From contig CAXXJS010000028.1 of the NCBI GenBank assembly GCA_963662665.2, positions 159,432 through 223,431 on the forward strand: 64,000 bases of DNA, given 5' to 3'. The translations under genes and the position numbers were made by a program. The DNA comes from Candidatus Latescibacterota bacterium. GTDB taxonomy: Bacteria > Latescibacterota > UBA2968 > GCA-2709665. This document shows positions 9,647-18,762 of the stretch, piece after piece (the first letter of the stretch is position 1; each line of letters begins with the position of its first letter). The notes below the pieces were generated by a model. That model saw only the letters and a list, made by a program, of their open reading frames with translations, ran no database searches and had not been told where the DNA came from.

Positions 9647-10498
9647 CTACTCGATCCCTAAAGCTTGGAAGAATTCCTCTGCAAAAAAACGGAATTGATG
9701 AGCGTCCCCTACGTGAGAAAAATTCCCACGCATCATCTTCGGAAAGCCACGGGAAAGCGGAATCTCGTTCTCGAAAATACGCCATCCACTGTTGTCAACT
9801 TCTTCACGTATTTCTTCCATCGCTGTCCATTTTTCAGGACCACCCTCGTTTCCACTGTAGTGATAGGATGAGTTGTTGATGACAACTCCAATCACATCAA
9901 TCTGATGGCCTCGGTTGTTACGCCCGAACGCTTCAAGGGAGTCGTTTAACAACGGAAATCCAATTGTCGCAAAATACTCGGGCTTGACGGGAACGAGTAC
10001 GTGGCGTGATGCATGGTATGCGGCTCGGGTGAATATTGATTCTGTCGGAGCGCAGTCTATAATGATAAGGTCTTTTTCCTGAAAATACTCTGCGATACAC
10101 CGAGCGAGGACGGTTTCATCAGGCTTAAGTGAATTTATCAAATTGTCGGAAAAATCAAATCTGGATGGAATGACCCGAACATTTCGACCCCCTAAACGAG
10201 ACGTGTCTAAGGCTATGCTTTCAACATCGAGTGAACCCGGTGATCCAGTATTAGCGCTTGGAGGTTGGTACCCTCTGAATATTTCGACAATTGAAGGGGA
10301 CTGGTTGTTCAGAAATTGTTTATATCGCGTGTCTCCCATGAGTGCTTGAGAAAGGTTGGCCTGTGGATCGAGGTCAATAGCGAGGACGTCAAGATTCGAC
10401 GGAGCATAGTGACACAGCAATGCCGCAATTGTCGTTTTTCCAACCCCGCCTTTCATATTGATCACCGAAACACTAACGGGTCCATTTACCGAATTCAT
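9647..10498 (-). CDS. ParA/Soj-family ATPase
   Basis: Deviant Walker A KGGVGKTT, IDLDPQANLS, IIIDCAP. Confidence 0.9.
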   Translation of the reverse strand: MNSVNGPVSVSVINMKGGVGKTTIAALLCHYAPSNLDVLAIDLDPQANLSQALMGDTRYKQFLNNQSPSIVEIFRGYQPPSANTGSPGSLDVESIALDTSRLGGRNVRVIPSRFDFSDNLINSLKPDETVLARCIAEYFQEKDLIIIDCAPTESIFTRAAYHASRHVLVPVKPEYFATIGFPLLNDSLEAFGRNNRGHQIDVIGVVINNSSYHYSGNEGGPEKWTAMEEIREEVDNSGWRIFENEIPLSRGFPKMMRGNFSHVGDAHQFRFFAEEFFQALGIE

Positions 10499-10886
10499 TA
10501 CGATTTTCCCCTTACTGGATTGATAGAAGCCCGACCCTTATAGTATAGACGACCGTACTGGTTCCGTATTTCCCCCGATCCCGAAGTACACAGACTGCGG
10601 CCCGGCTAGGTTTGGTTCCCGGCACGGCGCGAAAGGGTCGCTGTGCTCTTTTGAAAACCCAAAGGTCAAGCACTTATGCGAGAGGACACTTGACGGCAGA
10701 TATTGGAAACAGCGCGAAGACTTCCGATGTGGAAACGGGAAGTTATTTATTATATCTACTCAGAATGAATACGCAGTGCAAGTGCTTTATTGGAGCAGGT
10801 GCGGTTTTTACAGGGTGTTTGTATTCAACAGCCGGTACTTTTCAGCGCCCCCGGATAGACAAAATAAAAAGAGCGTCAGTGCGTTA

Positions 10887-11020
10887 CCTGCGTTGAGCCT
10901 GTCGAAAGGCCCGCGCCTTCGCTACCTTCGCCGGCCCTTCGACAAGCTCAGGGGACCGGCTCGGGGCGGGGCTAAACTACGTACGATGCCTGCGCTGAGC
11001 CTGCCGAAGTGAGCTTGTCG
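10887..11020. repeat. Cluster of REP-like TTCGACAAGCTCAG / CTGAGCCTGTCGAA repeats
   Basis: Several copies in both orientations, partly nested. Confidence 0.8.
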
Positions 11021-11044
11021 ATCCGTTGAAAAATCATGTCTGAA

Positions 11045-11204
11045 GGTGGGGCGGACATTCCTGTCTGCCCGGCACAGGTGATCCTGCAGATGGCGCCGTC
11101 CAATTTCCAGTGGGGGAGACGGCGGCGAGTCGTGGTTTGCACGGTTTTTGGATTGTGAGGACTCGGGTTTATGAAAGTGCGCAGACAGGAATGTCCGCTC
11201 CACC
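11045..11204 (-). mobile_element. RAYT (REP-associated tyrosine transposase) remnant between inverted REPs
   Basis: Inverted GGACATTCCTGTCTGC / GCAGACAGGAATGTCC flank a minus-strand peptide RRRLPHWKLDGAICRIT, resembling a RAYT N-terminus. Confidence 0.6.
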
Positions 11205-11405
11205 CATTAATATCTTCGTTTGTACTTGCGTCTTTACCTCTTGATGATAAAAAACCCCGCGCTGAAACTGGCACGGAGTTTTTGTGTGTACTGTAACTGC
11301 GCCTGACGAGACATCCCCGGCAATTGGAGTCTTGCACCAAGATTATTACCCCGGTTGCGCTCATGTCTTAAACAAGCTGCTTGCCTGCGATTGGGGGTTG
11401 AAACC

Positions 11406-11486
11406 CCCCACCACCGTCGTCGGCCCTTCGACAAGCTCAGGGAACCGGCTCGGCTTCTGCGACTCCCCCTCAAGGGGGGAGTGATT
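11406..11486 (+). repeat. REP-like composite (CCCTTCGACAAGCTCAGGG...CTCCCCCTCAAGGGGGGAG)
   Basis: The same core occurs at ~18585-18690 and, inverted, at ~31395-31500. Confidence 0.85.
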
Positions 11487-11656
11487 GGGCTCTATCAGGT
11501 ACCACAAACTGCCAGTTTGTGGTACGGTCGGTGGGCCGCTGCCATAAATAGGCGGATCTTTGCGGCTTTCATCCTGCCCATCCTACCTGCCTGTGCGTGA
11601 GGCACGCACGCAGACGGGTCCATCCATGTAAATCTTTGCCTATGGAGTTCATTTCG

Positions 11657-12724
11657 CTAGATCGTCTTGCTCAGGTTTCTGCGGTGCAGGATGAACCAGA
11701 TGACCACGGGGGCGCCGATGAGGGAGGTCACGGCATTCAGCGGGAGAACGTACTGACTCCCCGGCAGATGGGCGAACAGATCGGATAGCAGCGCGAGGGT
11801 TGCGCCGAGGCAGATGACGGCGGGCATGAGCACGCGGTGGTCCGACGTGTGCAGGAGACTGCGGCAGAGGTGCGGCACGGCCAGGCCGAGGAACGCGATG
11901 GGCCCGCAGAAGGCGGTGGTGGCGCCCGCGAGAACGGACGCACTGACCAGAATCCACAGGCGGGCGCGTTTTACGTTGAGCCCCATGCTTCTCGCGTAAT
12001 TCTCTCCCAGCAGGAGTGCATTGAGAGGCTTGATGCACAGCAAAGCCAGCAGGAGGCCGAACAGAGTTGTGCAGACGAGCACCGGTATCTGGCGCCACGT
12101 CACGCTGCCGAAACTGCCAAACGTCCACAGGATGTACGATTGAATCTGTTCCGGAACGCTGAAGTAAATCAAAATGCTGACGAACGCCGCGGTCGCGTAT
12201 CCGAACATCAGGCCCAGTATGAGAAGCGTCATCACGCTGCTTACGCTGCGCGAAACCAGCAGCACGCACCCCAGCACCGCGGCGGCGCCCAGGATTGCCG
12301 CAACAGCCAGGCCGAGGTCGCCCAGAAAGCCCAGTCCGGCGATCAACGCGCTACCGGCCGCGCCAGCCGTCAACACCACGATGGCCACGCCGAGACTGGC
12401 GCCGGCGCTGATGCCGAGCACGAACGGATCGGCGAGCGGATTGCGGAACAACGTCTGCATCTGCAGGCCGCTGACAGCCAGCGCGGCGCCGGCCAGCACC
12501 CCCGTGATCGCCCGAGGCAGTCGGATGGTGTGAATGATGATGGCCCAGGCGGGAGAACTCGTCTCCCTTCCAAGGACAACGTCAAACAGTCCGGCCAGCG
12601 GAATGCGGACCGATCCGAGCGAAAGGCTCAGACCGAACGAGATCAAAAGCAGCAGAAAGAGCCCCGGCACGAGGATCCTGCGCCGCGGTCCTTCCCTTAC
12701 GTCGTCTCCCGGTTCCGACCTCAT
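11657..12724 (-). CDS. btuC: Cobalamin/iron-chelate ABC permease (FecCD/BtuC-like)
   Basis: IRLPRA, QTLFRNPLADPFVLGISAGA, GPIAFLGLAVPHL. Lies in the riboswitch-led locus. Confidence 0.85.
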   Translation of the reverse strand: MRSEPGDDVREGPRRRILVPGLFLLLLISFGLSLSLGSVRIPLAGLFDVVLGRETSSPAWAIIIHTIRLPRAITGVLAGAALAVSGLQMQTLFRNPLADPFVLGISAGASLGVAIVVLTAGAAGSALIAGLGFLGDLGLAVAAILGAAAVLGCVLLVSRSVSSVMTLLILGLMFGYATAAFVSILIYFSVPEQIQSYILWTFGSFGSVTWRQIPVLVCTTLFGLLLALLCIKPLNALLLGENYARSMGLNVKRARLWILVSASVLAGATTAFCGPIAFLGLAVPHLCRSLLHTSDHRVLMPAVICLGATLALLSDLFAHLPGSQYVLPLNAVTSLIGAPVVIWFILHRRNLSKTI

Positions 12725-13767
12725 CCCGTTTTTCCCGACTCCTGAAGAGCTTCTATTCCATATTCGCATTTGATCGCCGTGATCAAGTCGTATATGGAAT
12801 AGAATTCCATTGTCGTTTCGTCACGTTTGAAACGCCAGGTGACGGTCTCGCCGTCCAGGACGTCGATGCTGCGCCCGGATGCCGCGTCACGCACCTGAAA
12901 TCCCGCCCTCTCGAGCGCCCGCCTTGTCCAATACGCGTGCCGCCCCTTTCCATTGACTTCGACCGTGGCCTGGCCGCGCTCCGCGGAAAGCCTGAACGCG
13001 CCCGAATCGGCGTCAAAACGCACGCCATCGCTCCCGAACGCTTCTTCAAAAGCACCATTGAGGACGAGGTCCTCCGGCGCGCCGGTCTGCAATGCGCCGT
13101 CTGACGGCAGGAGATAAATGCGGTCCGCGCATCGAAGGGCGAGATCCAGATCGTGCGTGGAGAGGAGGATGGTTTTCCGGGTCGTATGTGCGAGATTTCG
13201 CAATAAAGCCATGATTTCCACGCGGCGGGGCAGATCCAGAAAGGCCGTGGGTTCATCCAGGATCATCAGGCCCGGCTGCTGCGCCAGCGCGCGCGCGATC
13301 ATCACCTTCTGGCGCTCGCCGTCGCTGAGTTCGGATACGTTGCGGTGTTCCAGGTCCTCTGCCCCCGCCGCCCTGACTGCCCAGTTAACGGCCTGTTCGT
13401 CTTCGGGGGCGAAGCGTCCTATCCAATCGGTATGAGGATATCGTCCCAGGCCGACCAGATCGCGCACCGTCATGGTCCCTGCGCTGACGCGGTCGGTAAG
13501 CACAACGCTGAGGAGTTGGGCGACTTCCGTCGCGGACATCTCCGCGATGTCTCTTCCGGTGATTTGCACGTGTCCGTCCAGCGGTGGCTGCATCCCGGCA
13601 AGCGTGCGTATGAGCGTGGATTTCCCCGCGCCGTTGGGACCCAGCAGACAGACGAATTCACCGCGATCGAGCGCCACGTCGATATCGCTGGCTACAATGC
13701 GTGGCGGCCGACGGCCGCTCTTGTATCCGATGGTGAGGTCACGCGCCGTTAGAATCGCCGCAGTCAC
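12721..13767 (-). CDS. btuD: Cobalamin/iron-chelate ABC ATPase with C-terminal extension
   Basis: GPNGAGKST, LSDGERQK, LDEPT, STHDL. Confidence 0.85.
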   Translation of the reverse strand: MTAAILTARDLTIGYKSGRRPPRIVASDIDVALDRGEFVCLLGPNGAGKSTLIRTLAGMQPPLDGHVQITGRDIAEMSATEVAQLLSVVLTDRVSAGTMTVRDLVGLGRYPHTDWIGRFAPEDEQAVNWAVRAAGAEDLEHRNVSELSDGERQKVMIARALAQQPGLMILDEPTAFLDLPRRVEIMALLRNLAHTTRKTILLSTHDLDLALRCADRIYLLPSDGALQTGAPEDLVLNGAFEEAFGSDGVRFDADSGAFRLSAERGQATVEVNGKGRHAYWTRRALERAGFQVRDAASGRSIDVLDGETVTWRFKRDETTMEFYSIYDLITAIKCEYGIEALQESGKTG

Positions 13768-13792
13768 CGCGCCTCCGAGAAAATCAAGCGCC

Positions 13793-14044
13793 TTACTTCA
13801 AGAGCCGAAGCCGCTCGAGATCGTCCTCTCCCCACTGAGCCTGACGCTCTACGATTGGCTTCAGGGTGCCCACCGCAAAGGTCTGGTTCATGTTGTACAG
13901 GTGGACGGTTGTCATTCTCCCGTCCGCTTGCACAAAAAAACGGGTCACGCCCTTCCTTCTGTATTCGCGAAACCCGTCTCTGTTTAAGGCCCGAATCAAC
14001 CTGCGTGCCTTCAGTGAACGAAGCATGCTATAATCAATAGCCAC
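13793..14044 (-). CDS. HicA-like toxin
   Basis: 83 aa, LIRALNRDGF...RRKG...TTVH...GTLKPI, downstream of a hicB-like gene. Confidence 0.7.
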   Translation of the reverse strand: MAIDYSMLRSLKARRLIRALNRDGFREYRRKGVTRFFVQADGRMTTVHLYNMNQTFAVGTLKPIVERQAQWGEDDLERLRLLK

Positions 14045-14045
14045 A

Positions 14046-14315
14046 TCAGATAGCTACGGAGACCATTGGTACATCGCGGACGTCAATCTGTGAAGATGGC
14101 TCGGAGGGGATCTCTTCTCCATTCTCCAGCAGGCACGCAACGAGAAGATCAACAGCGTTTTTTAGATTCTCCAGGGCCCCTTTCTCAGTATTTCCCCAAC
14201 TCGCAGCCCCCCTATGCTCCAGCGCAGGAATATAAGCTCGCCAAACGGCCTTTGAATCCGGCTCATCGGGCCATTTGTCTTTCTCCAGGACTGCCTTGAA
14301 CAGATACGTTTTCAT
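14046..14315 (-). CDS. HicB-like antitoxin
   Basis: WRAYIPALEHRGAASWGNTEKGALENLKNAV...GEEIP. Confidence 0.8.
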   Translation of the reverse strand: MKTYLFKAVLEKDKWPDEPDSKAVWRAYIPALEHRGAASWGNTEKGALENLKNAVDLLVACLLENGEEIPSEPSSQIDVRDVPMVSVAI

Positions 14316-14516
14316 ATTCTCCTCAGAACGGATGTTATCACGAGCCGGACTTGAGACAGACGATTTTATCACCGTTTTCATGTCATTTGGTTACCAACGG
14401 CGAACGACGACTATCGAATAATTCCGCCGATCTTGTTTGTTGGCAGCAGAACCGTTTGCGAAAAAATAGCGGACTGACTCTTGAAAGTCAAAGAACGGCA
14501 AGTCTTCGCGCGGCCG

Positions 14517-16103
14517 TTACTTTGCCAGTACCATCTTGCGCGTGACCACGTCTCTCCCTGCCTGGAGCCGGTACAGGTACAAACCCGTACTCACCTGGCG
14601 CCCGGCCGCGTCGCGCCCATCCCACGCGACCGTATAGTTTCCCTCTGGCTGGAACTGTCGAACCAGCAACCGGACCTCTTGGCCCAATACGTTGTAGATT
14701 GCAAGTTTCACGTTCACCGCCTTGTCCAGCGAATAGCGTATGGAAGTGGCGGGGTTGAACGGATTCGGACGGTTCGGACCCAGCGAAGCCGCCACCGGCC
14801 TGACTGCGCGCACGTCGCCATTCAGATTGACTTCGTAAGTTACTGTTCTGCCGGGCATCAGAGGAATGCTGCTCCAGCTTGCAACGGTCTTACCGTTTGA
14901 CGTACGTACGCGCGCCCGGTACATGCCGTTTACACGACGGCGCGCATCCGCAGTCACTCGCACGACGGCGCGTCCCGTCTCATCAGTCGTCTTTCGCCAC
15001 GCAAAATCAGGCGCGCGGCCGGATATCGAACGCGAGACCTCCACGGTCAGACCGCTAACGTCGCCATCGCCCACGACCTGTACTTCCATCTCGGAGACCT
15101 CTTCGAAAGCCGTATCGTCCTCCAGATATATGCCGGCGCCCACGATAAACGTCTGTCCGAAGACGTTGATCGGGATCACGTAGCTCAGCTTGGGCGACTG
15201 GGTGTCCTCATCTCCGACGACCGCAGGATTGTCCCAGTAATATTTAATGAATCCGCCGCCCGCTACGCCTGTCTCGATGATCTCCTGGACAATCCTCACC
15301 CCGTTGACATCTTCGACGTCGATCAGATTTTCCCCATATTGACTGGGGTCTGCGGTGCCGTGAAAGATCAGTACACCTGAGGTGCTCACGACAAAGATGT
15401 AAATCGAGCCATGTTTGAAATCCTCGCCCTCGGTCCTGATCGCGGCCTGAACGGTTGCCAGGTAGGGATAACCTTTTTCCTCAATTATCGGCACGAGGAC
15501 CCTCAGGCCCTCGACAAAAGCTTTGAGGGACTCCCTGTCCTTCACGTCGCGGGCCGTTACTTCCAGCAAGTCAAAGATGTTCGGCTCGGCTTCGACGTCT
15601 GACAAATCCATATGGAAGCCGCCAACAAGGATGAAGTCCTCCCCGCGAATGGCAACGGGAACCGCGTAGGCGAGTTTGGATGAATCGTCGTCCTCAACGG
15701 CTGGATCGTCCCAATAGTACTCGACGAATCCTCCGTCATCGTCAGCCGCGGCGAGCATATCCGGGACAATCTTCGTACCCCTGTCATCCTCGAGATCGAG
15801 AATATTCTTGTCCTCAAACTTCACGTCGGCCGCGTGAAACTGCACGAGTCCCTCAGCGGTCAGAATGACGAGATAGACCGTGCCGGCTTTCCAGTCATTC
15901 TCGGTCCTGAATGCCTCCACCAGTCGACCCACGGCGGCGAAGTCAGCGGCGTTATCAAGGGAGTCCCTGGCCGATTCCACAAAGGCCTTCAGGGTTTCCC
16001 GGTCCATCACGTCACCTGCCGTCGTCCTGTTGTCCTGTGCAGCCGCAGGATTTGGAGAAAAACAGATACCCGCCAGACTCAAAATGACAAGCAGAGATCT
16101 CAT
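14517..16103 (-). CDS. Secreted protein: signal peptide, two single-Cache-like repeats, RSISGR module, C-terminal FlgD-Ig/sorting-type domain
   Basis: Repeats DRETLKAFVE/DRESLKAFVE...YYWD(D/N)PAV...KL. C-terminal NPFNPATSIRY...IYNVLGQEVR...WDGRD...GLYLYRL. Confidence 0.85.
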   Translation of the reverse strand: MRSLLVILSLAGICFSPNPAAAQDNRTTAGDVMDRETLKAFVESARDSLDNAADFAAVGRLVEAFRTENDWKAGTVYLVILTAEGLVQFHAADVKFEDKNILDLEDDRGTKIVPDMLAAADDDGGFVEYYWDDPAVEDDDSSKLAYAVPVAIRGEDFILVGGFHMDLSDVEAEPNIFDLLEVTARDVKDRESLKAFVEGLRVLVPIIEEKGYPYLATVQAAIRTEGEDFKHGSIYIFVVSTSGVLIFHGTADPSQYGENLIDVEDVNGVRIVQEIIETGVAGGGFIKYYWDNPAVVGDEDTQSPKLSYVIPINVFGQTFIVGAGIYLEDDTAFEEVSEMEVQVVGDGDVSGLTVEVSRSISGRAPDFAWRKTTDETGRAVVRVTADARRRVNGMYRARVRTSNGKTVASWSSIPLMPGRTVTYEVNLNGDVRAVRPVAASLGPNRPNPFNPATSIRYSLDKAVNVKLAIYNVLGQEVRLLVRQFQPEGNYTVAWDGRDAAGRQVSTGLYLYRLQAGRDVVTRKMVLAK

Positions 16104-16172
16104 AATCGCCCTTTCCGGTTAACGGGTTTATTGGTTCACTCAAGCACGGCAGATCAAGATAGTGGCGGGACA

Positions 16173-17153
16173 TCAGAAAGTCAACCCGGGCGGGCACAAA
16201 ACGAACATACAGGCCGCCGCCGCGCATGTCGCCAACAGACAGGTAGCAATGACAAACCGGCACATGCGGCGCATGTCTCCGGGCTGTCCGCCTTCCGGGT
16301 CGGACCCGTCGCCCAGCCAGAGGTCTGTAATCTTCTCTCCATCCTGCCAGATGGGACCTGCCAGACGCCGCTGCACCGCGCCGGCGGCCGTCGCTTCGCT
16401 CCAGCCGGAGTTCGGCCCGGGAACGAGCGCGTGCTGCCGCCATCCGGCAAGCAGCGCCTTGCGGGTGGAACATCCCGGCAGGAAAAAGGCGACAAACGCC
16501 ATCAGCAGATAAGTCAATCGTGCCGGGACATAGTTAAGTACATCGTCCAGCCGGGCGCCGCACCAGCCGAAGTGTCGGTATCGCGGTGTCATGAAGCCCA
16601 CCATTGAATCCATGGTGCTGACCACCTTGAAGAATACGATCCCCGGCAGTCCAAGAACCGCGTACCAGAAGACGGGCGAAACAAACCCGTCCACCGCATT
16701 CTCGCTCAAACTCTCCATACCCGCACGCCGGCAGGCCGCGGCATCCATCGTGTCGGTATCGCGCCCGACAAGCATCGAGACCGCCCTTCGCGCGCCGTCC
16801 GGATCGGCGGCCCGATCAATGGCCAACCCGTGCCTGCACAAGTCCTTAAGCGCGATCATACTAAATATAATATATGCCTGAAATATCCATCCGACCTCAT
16901 ATTGCACGCGGCTCAACACCATCGTCAGGCCACAGAGAACGCCCAGCCAGAACGTGGAGAGCAGCAGCAACAGAATACACCCGCCCACGCGACCGTCCAG
17001 GCGAAGTCGACGCAGCATCCGCTCAATGAGGGACAGTGTCGCGCCAATCAGACGAATCGGGTGCCATGCATAAACCGGGTCGCCGAACAGACCATCCAGA
17101 ACCACCGCGAAAAGGATAAGAAAAGGGTCCGGCGCAAACAGGGTCAGGTCCAT
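16173..17153 (-). CDS. cbiB: Adenosylcobinamide-phosphate synthase CbiB/CobD
   Basis: GDP...HPIR, VGRDT, ESLSENAVDG, TMDSMVG, ARLDDVLNYVPARLT, PNSGWSEA. Confidence 0.93.
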   Translation of the reverse strand: MDLTLFAPDPFLILFAVVLDGLFGDPVYAWHPIRLIGATLSLIERMLRRLRLDGRVGGCILLLLLSTFWLGVLCGLTMVLSRVQYEVGWIFQAYIIFSMIALKDLCRHGLAIDRAADPDGARRAVSMLVGRDTDTMDAAACRRAGMESLSENAVDGFVSPVFWYAVLGLPGIVFFKVVSTMDSMVGFMTPRYRHFGWCGARLDDVLNYVPARLTYLLMAFVAFFLPGCSTRKALLAGWRQHALVPGPNSGWSEATAAGAVQRRLAGPIWQDGEKITDLWLGDGSDPEGGQPGDMRRMCRFVIATCLLATCAAAACMFVLCPPGLTF

Positions 17154-18268
17154 TTCAGACGCCATCCGAGGGCGAGCGCATCGTAAACGAGTTCCAGCAG
17201 GTCGCCTTCCTTCGCGTGAAGCCTGGCGTAACAGAACGGCCACTCCCCGGGTCTCGCTGCCAGCGAAGCCGCCAACGTGGCTGCCTGCTGCCGCAGCACC
17301 GGATCGGCCAACGAATGTGAAATCGCGCCGCATCGCATGCGGTCCCAAACCGCCGCGAACGCGTAGGCCGCCGCCGAAACGCGCGGCTCATATACGACGG
17401 ACTCAAAGTTTTTTTCCAGCAATATGCGTTCTTCTTCCTTCAAACGTATGTCCATCGCCCGCAGAAAACGGTCGCGACGGAACCCGTACCGTTTCAGCGC
17501 GTGGAAAAGGCTTCTCGTATGGGATGGCTCGAGCCCGTTCTGCCATCGCAGGGCTTCCAGTGTGGCTTTGCGTACCGACCTCCCGATCAACTCCCCCAGT
17601 TTCGCGTGATGGCCGGCGTTGGTCTTCGGTGCTCTCGTATCGTCCAGAGGCGCCGCGATACAATACTGGTCGGTCCCGGTGCCCGTCGCGAGATCCTGAG
17701 AATAGCGGCTCGAGACGGCGAGGTCACGCAGTGCGGCGGACTTGCCCTCGGTCATCGTGACTGCCGCACGCGCTATCGCGCCCGGCGTGAGCGGCCAATT
17801 GATGAATACCATGGTATTGATCGTACCCGCGTGCGAATGCGCTTCGATCCAATTTGCATCCTCTTCATGCCAGGCTGCCGGATCGCCCGCACATCCGGCA
17901 TTGCCCTCCACGCCCGCCGTCACAACCGCACACACGCGCAATTCGGCATGGGTTTCTACGGTGTGGGCCGCACAGTTCATATTCGCGGCCGTACCCATCA
18001 CGGCGACGTCATCCGGGGGCAGGCCGCGTTCCTCGCAGACGTGGCGATGATAGCCCGCCTGGCCGAGTTGCCTGATCAACGCAAACCGGGCATCGTGCCC
18101 CGAACCCTCGCAACTCTGGTGATTCAAGAGATATTGGATGCCCGTGCACAAGCCGCCGCGATGCGCTGATGTACTCAGCACCTGGTGGGGCGTCAACAAT
18201 TCCGCGATCAGAAAACGCCCATCGCGACGCAGATCGTAGTGTTCATTGCGATCGATATATTCATTCAT
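17144..18268 (-). CDS. cbiZ: Adenosylcobinamide amidohydrolase CbiZ with C-terminal extension
   Basis: MGTAANM, VTAGVEGNA, GTIN, TEGKS, ATGTGTD, GHHAKLGELIG. Confidence 0.9.
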   Translation of the reverse strand: MNEYIDRNEHYDLRRDGRFLIAELLTPHQVLSTSAHRGGLCTGIQYLLNHQSCEGSGHDARFALIRQLGQAGYHRHVCEERGLPPDDVAVMGTAANMNCAAHTVETHAELRVCAVVTAGVEGNAGCAGDPAAWHEEDANWIEAHSHAGTINTMVFINWPLTPGAIARAAVTMTEGKSAALRDLAVSSRYSQDLATGTGTDQYCIAAPLDDTRAPKTNAGHHAKLGELIGRSVRKATLEALRWQNGLEPSHTRSLFHALKRYGFRRDRFLRAMDIRLKEEERILLEKNFESVVYEPRVSAAAYAFAAVWDRMRCGAISHSLADPVLRQQAATLAASLAARPGEWPFCYARLHAKEGDLLELVYDALALGWRLKWT

Positions 18269-18374
18269 AAGCAGAAAAAGCAGCGGTCAGCAGTCAGTTA
18301 AAAGCAAGAACCAAAGGCAGCCAGGAGCAAAAACGAAAGGCAAAGTCTAATTCCACCTCTCCACCGCCCCGCAG

Positions 18375-18500
18375 ACCTCTCCCCCCGGCCCCCTCAGAAC
18401 CTATCCCGCCTGCCTGGCGGCAGGCACCCTTTCCTGAAGGAAAGGGAAAAGCGGGTCACGAAATAGGATCCCGGTTCCCCCTTCCTTCAGGAAGGGGGTT
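18375..18500. repeat. REP-like palindromes (CCTTCCTTCAGGAAGGGG type) with an embedded CCTGCCTGGCGGCAGG palindrome
   Basis: Inverted TTCCTGAAGGAAGGG / CCCTTCCTTCAGGAA pair seen directly. Confidence 0.65.
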
Positions 18501-18756
18501 AGAGTCTTACAGTAAGCCTTCAACGCAAGATACGTAGATGTTTGATCATGCTGTTTGCATACGGTAAGGCGTTGAAGTCCCCCCACCGCATCAGCCGTCG
18601 CCGGCCCTTCGACAACCCTTCGACAAGCTCAGGACAGCGGCTCAGGGATCGGCTCGGCTTCTGCGACTCCCCCTCAAGGGGGGAGTGATTGAACCTTCAA
18701 ACGGGCTCGCCCGATCATTGCCATCTGTTTGGTTGCGGCTGAGCACAGCTAAGCCG
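18501..18756 (+). mobile_element. ~255-bp non-coding MITE-like/REP composite, copy A
   Basis: Collinear with the reverse complement of 31327-31582 over its whole length. Confidence 0.8.
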
Positions 18757-18762
18757 CGCTAG

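Noticed and set aside
10776-11600. ORFs with PFDKLR / LSLSKG peptides (also 31336-31584)
   Set aside because: These are translations of REP-like repeats.
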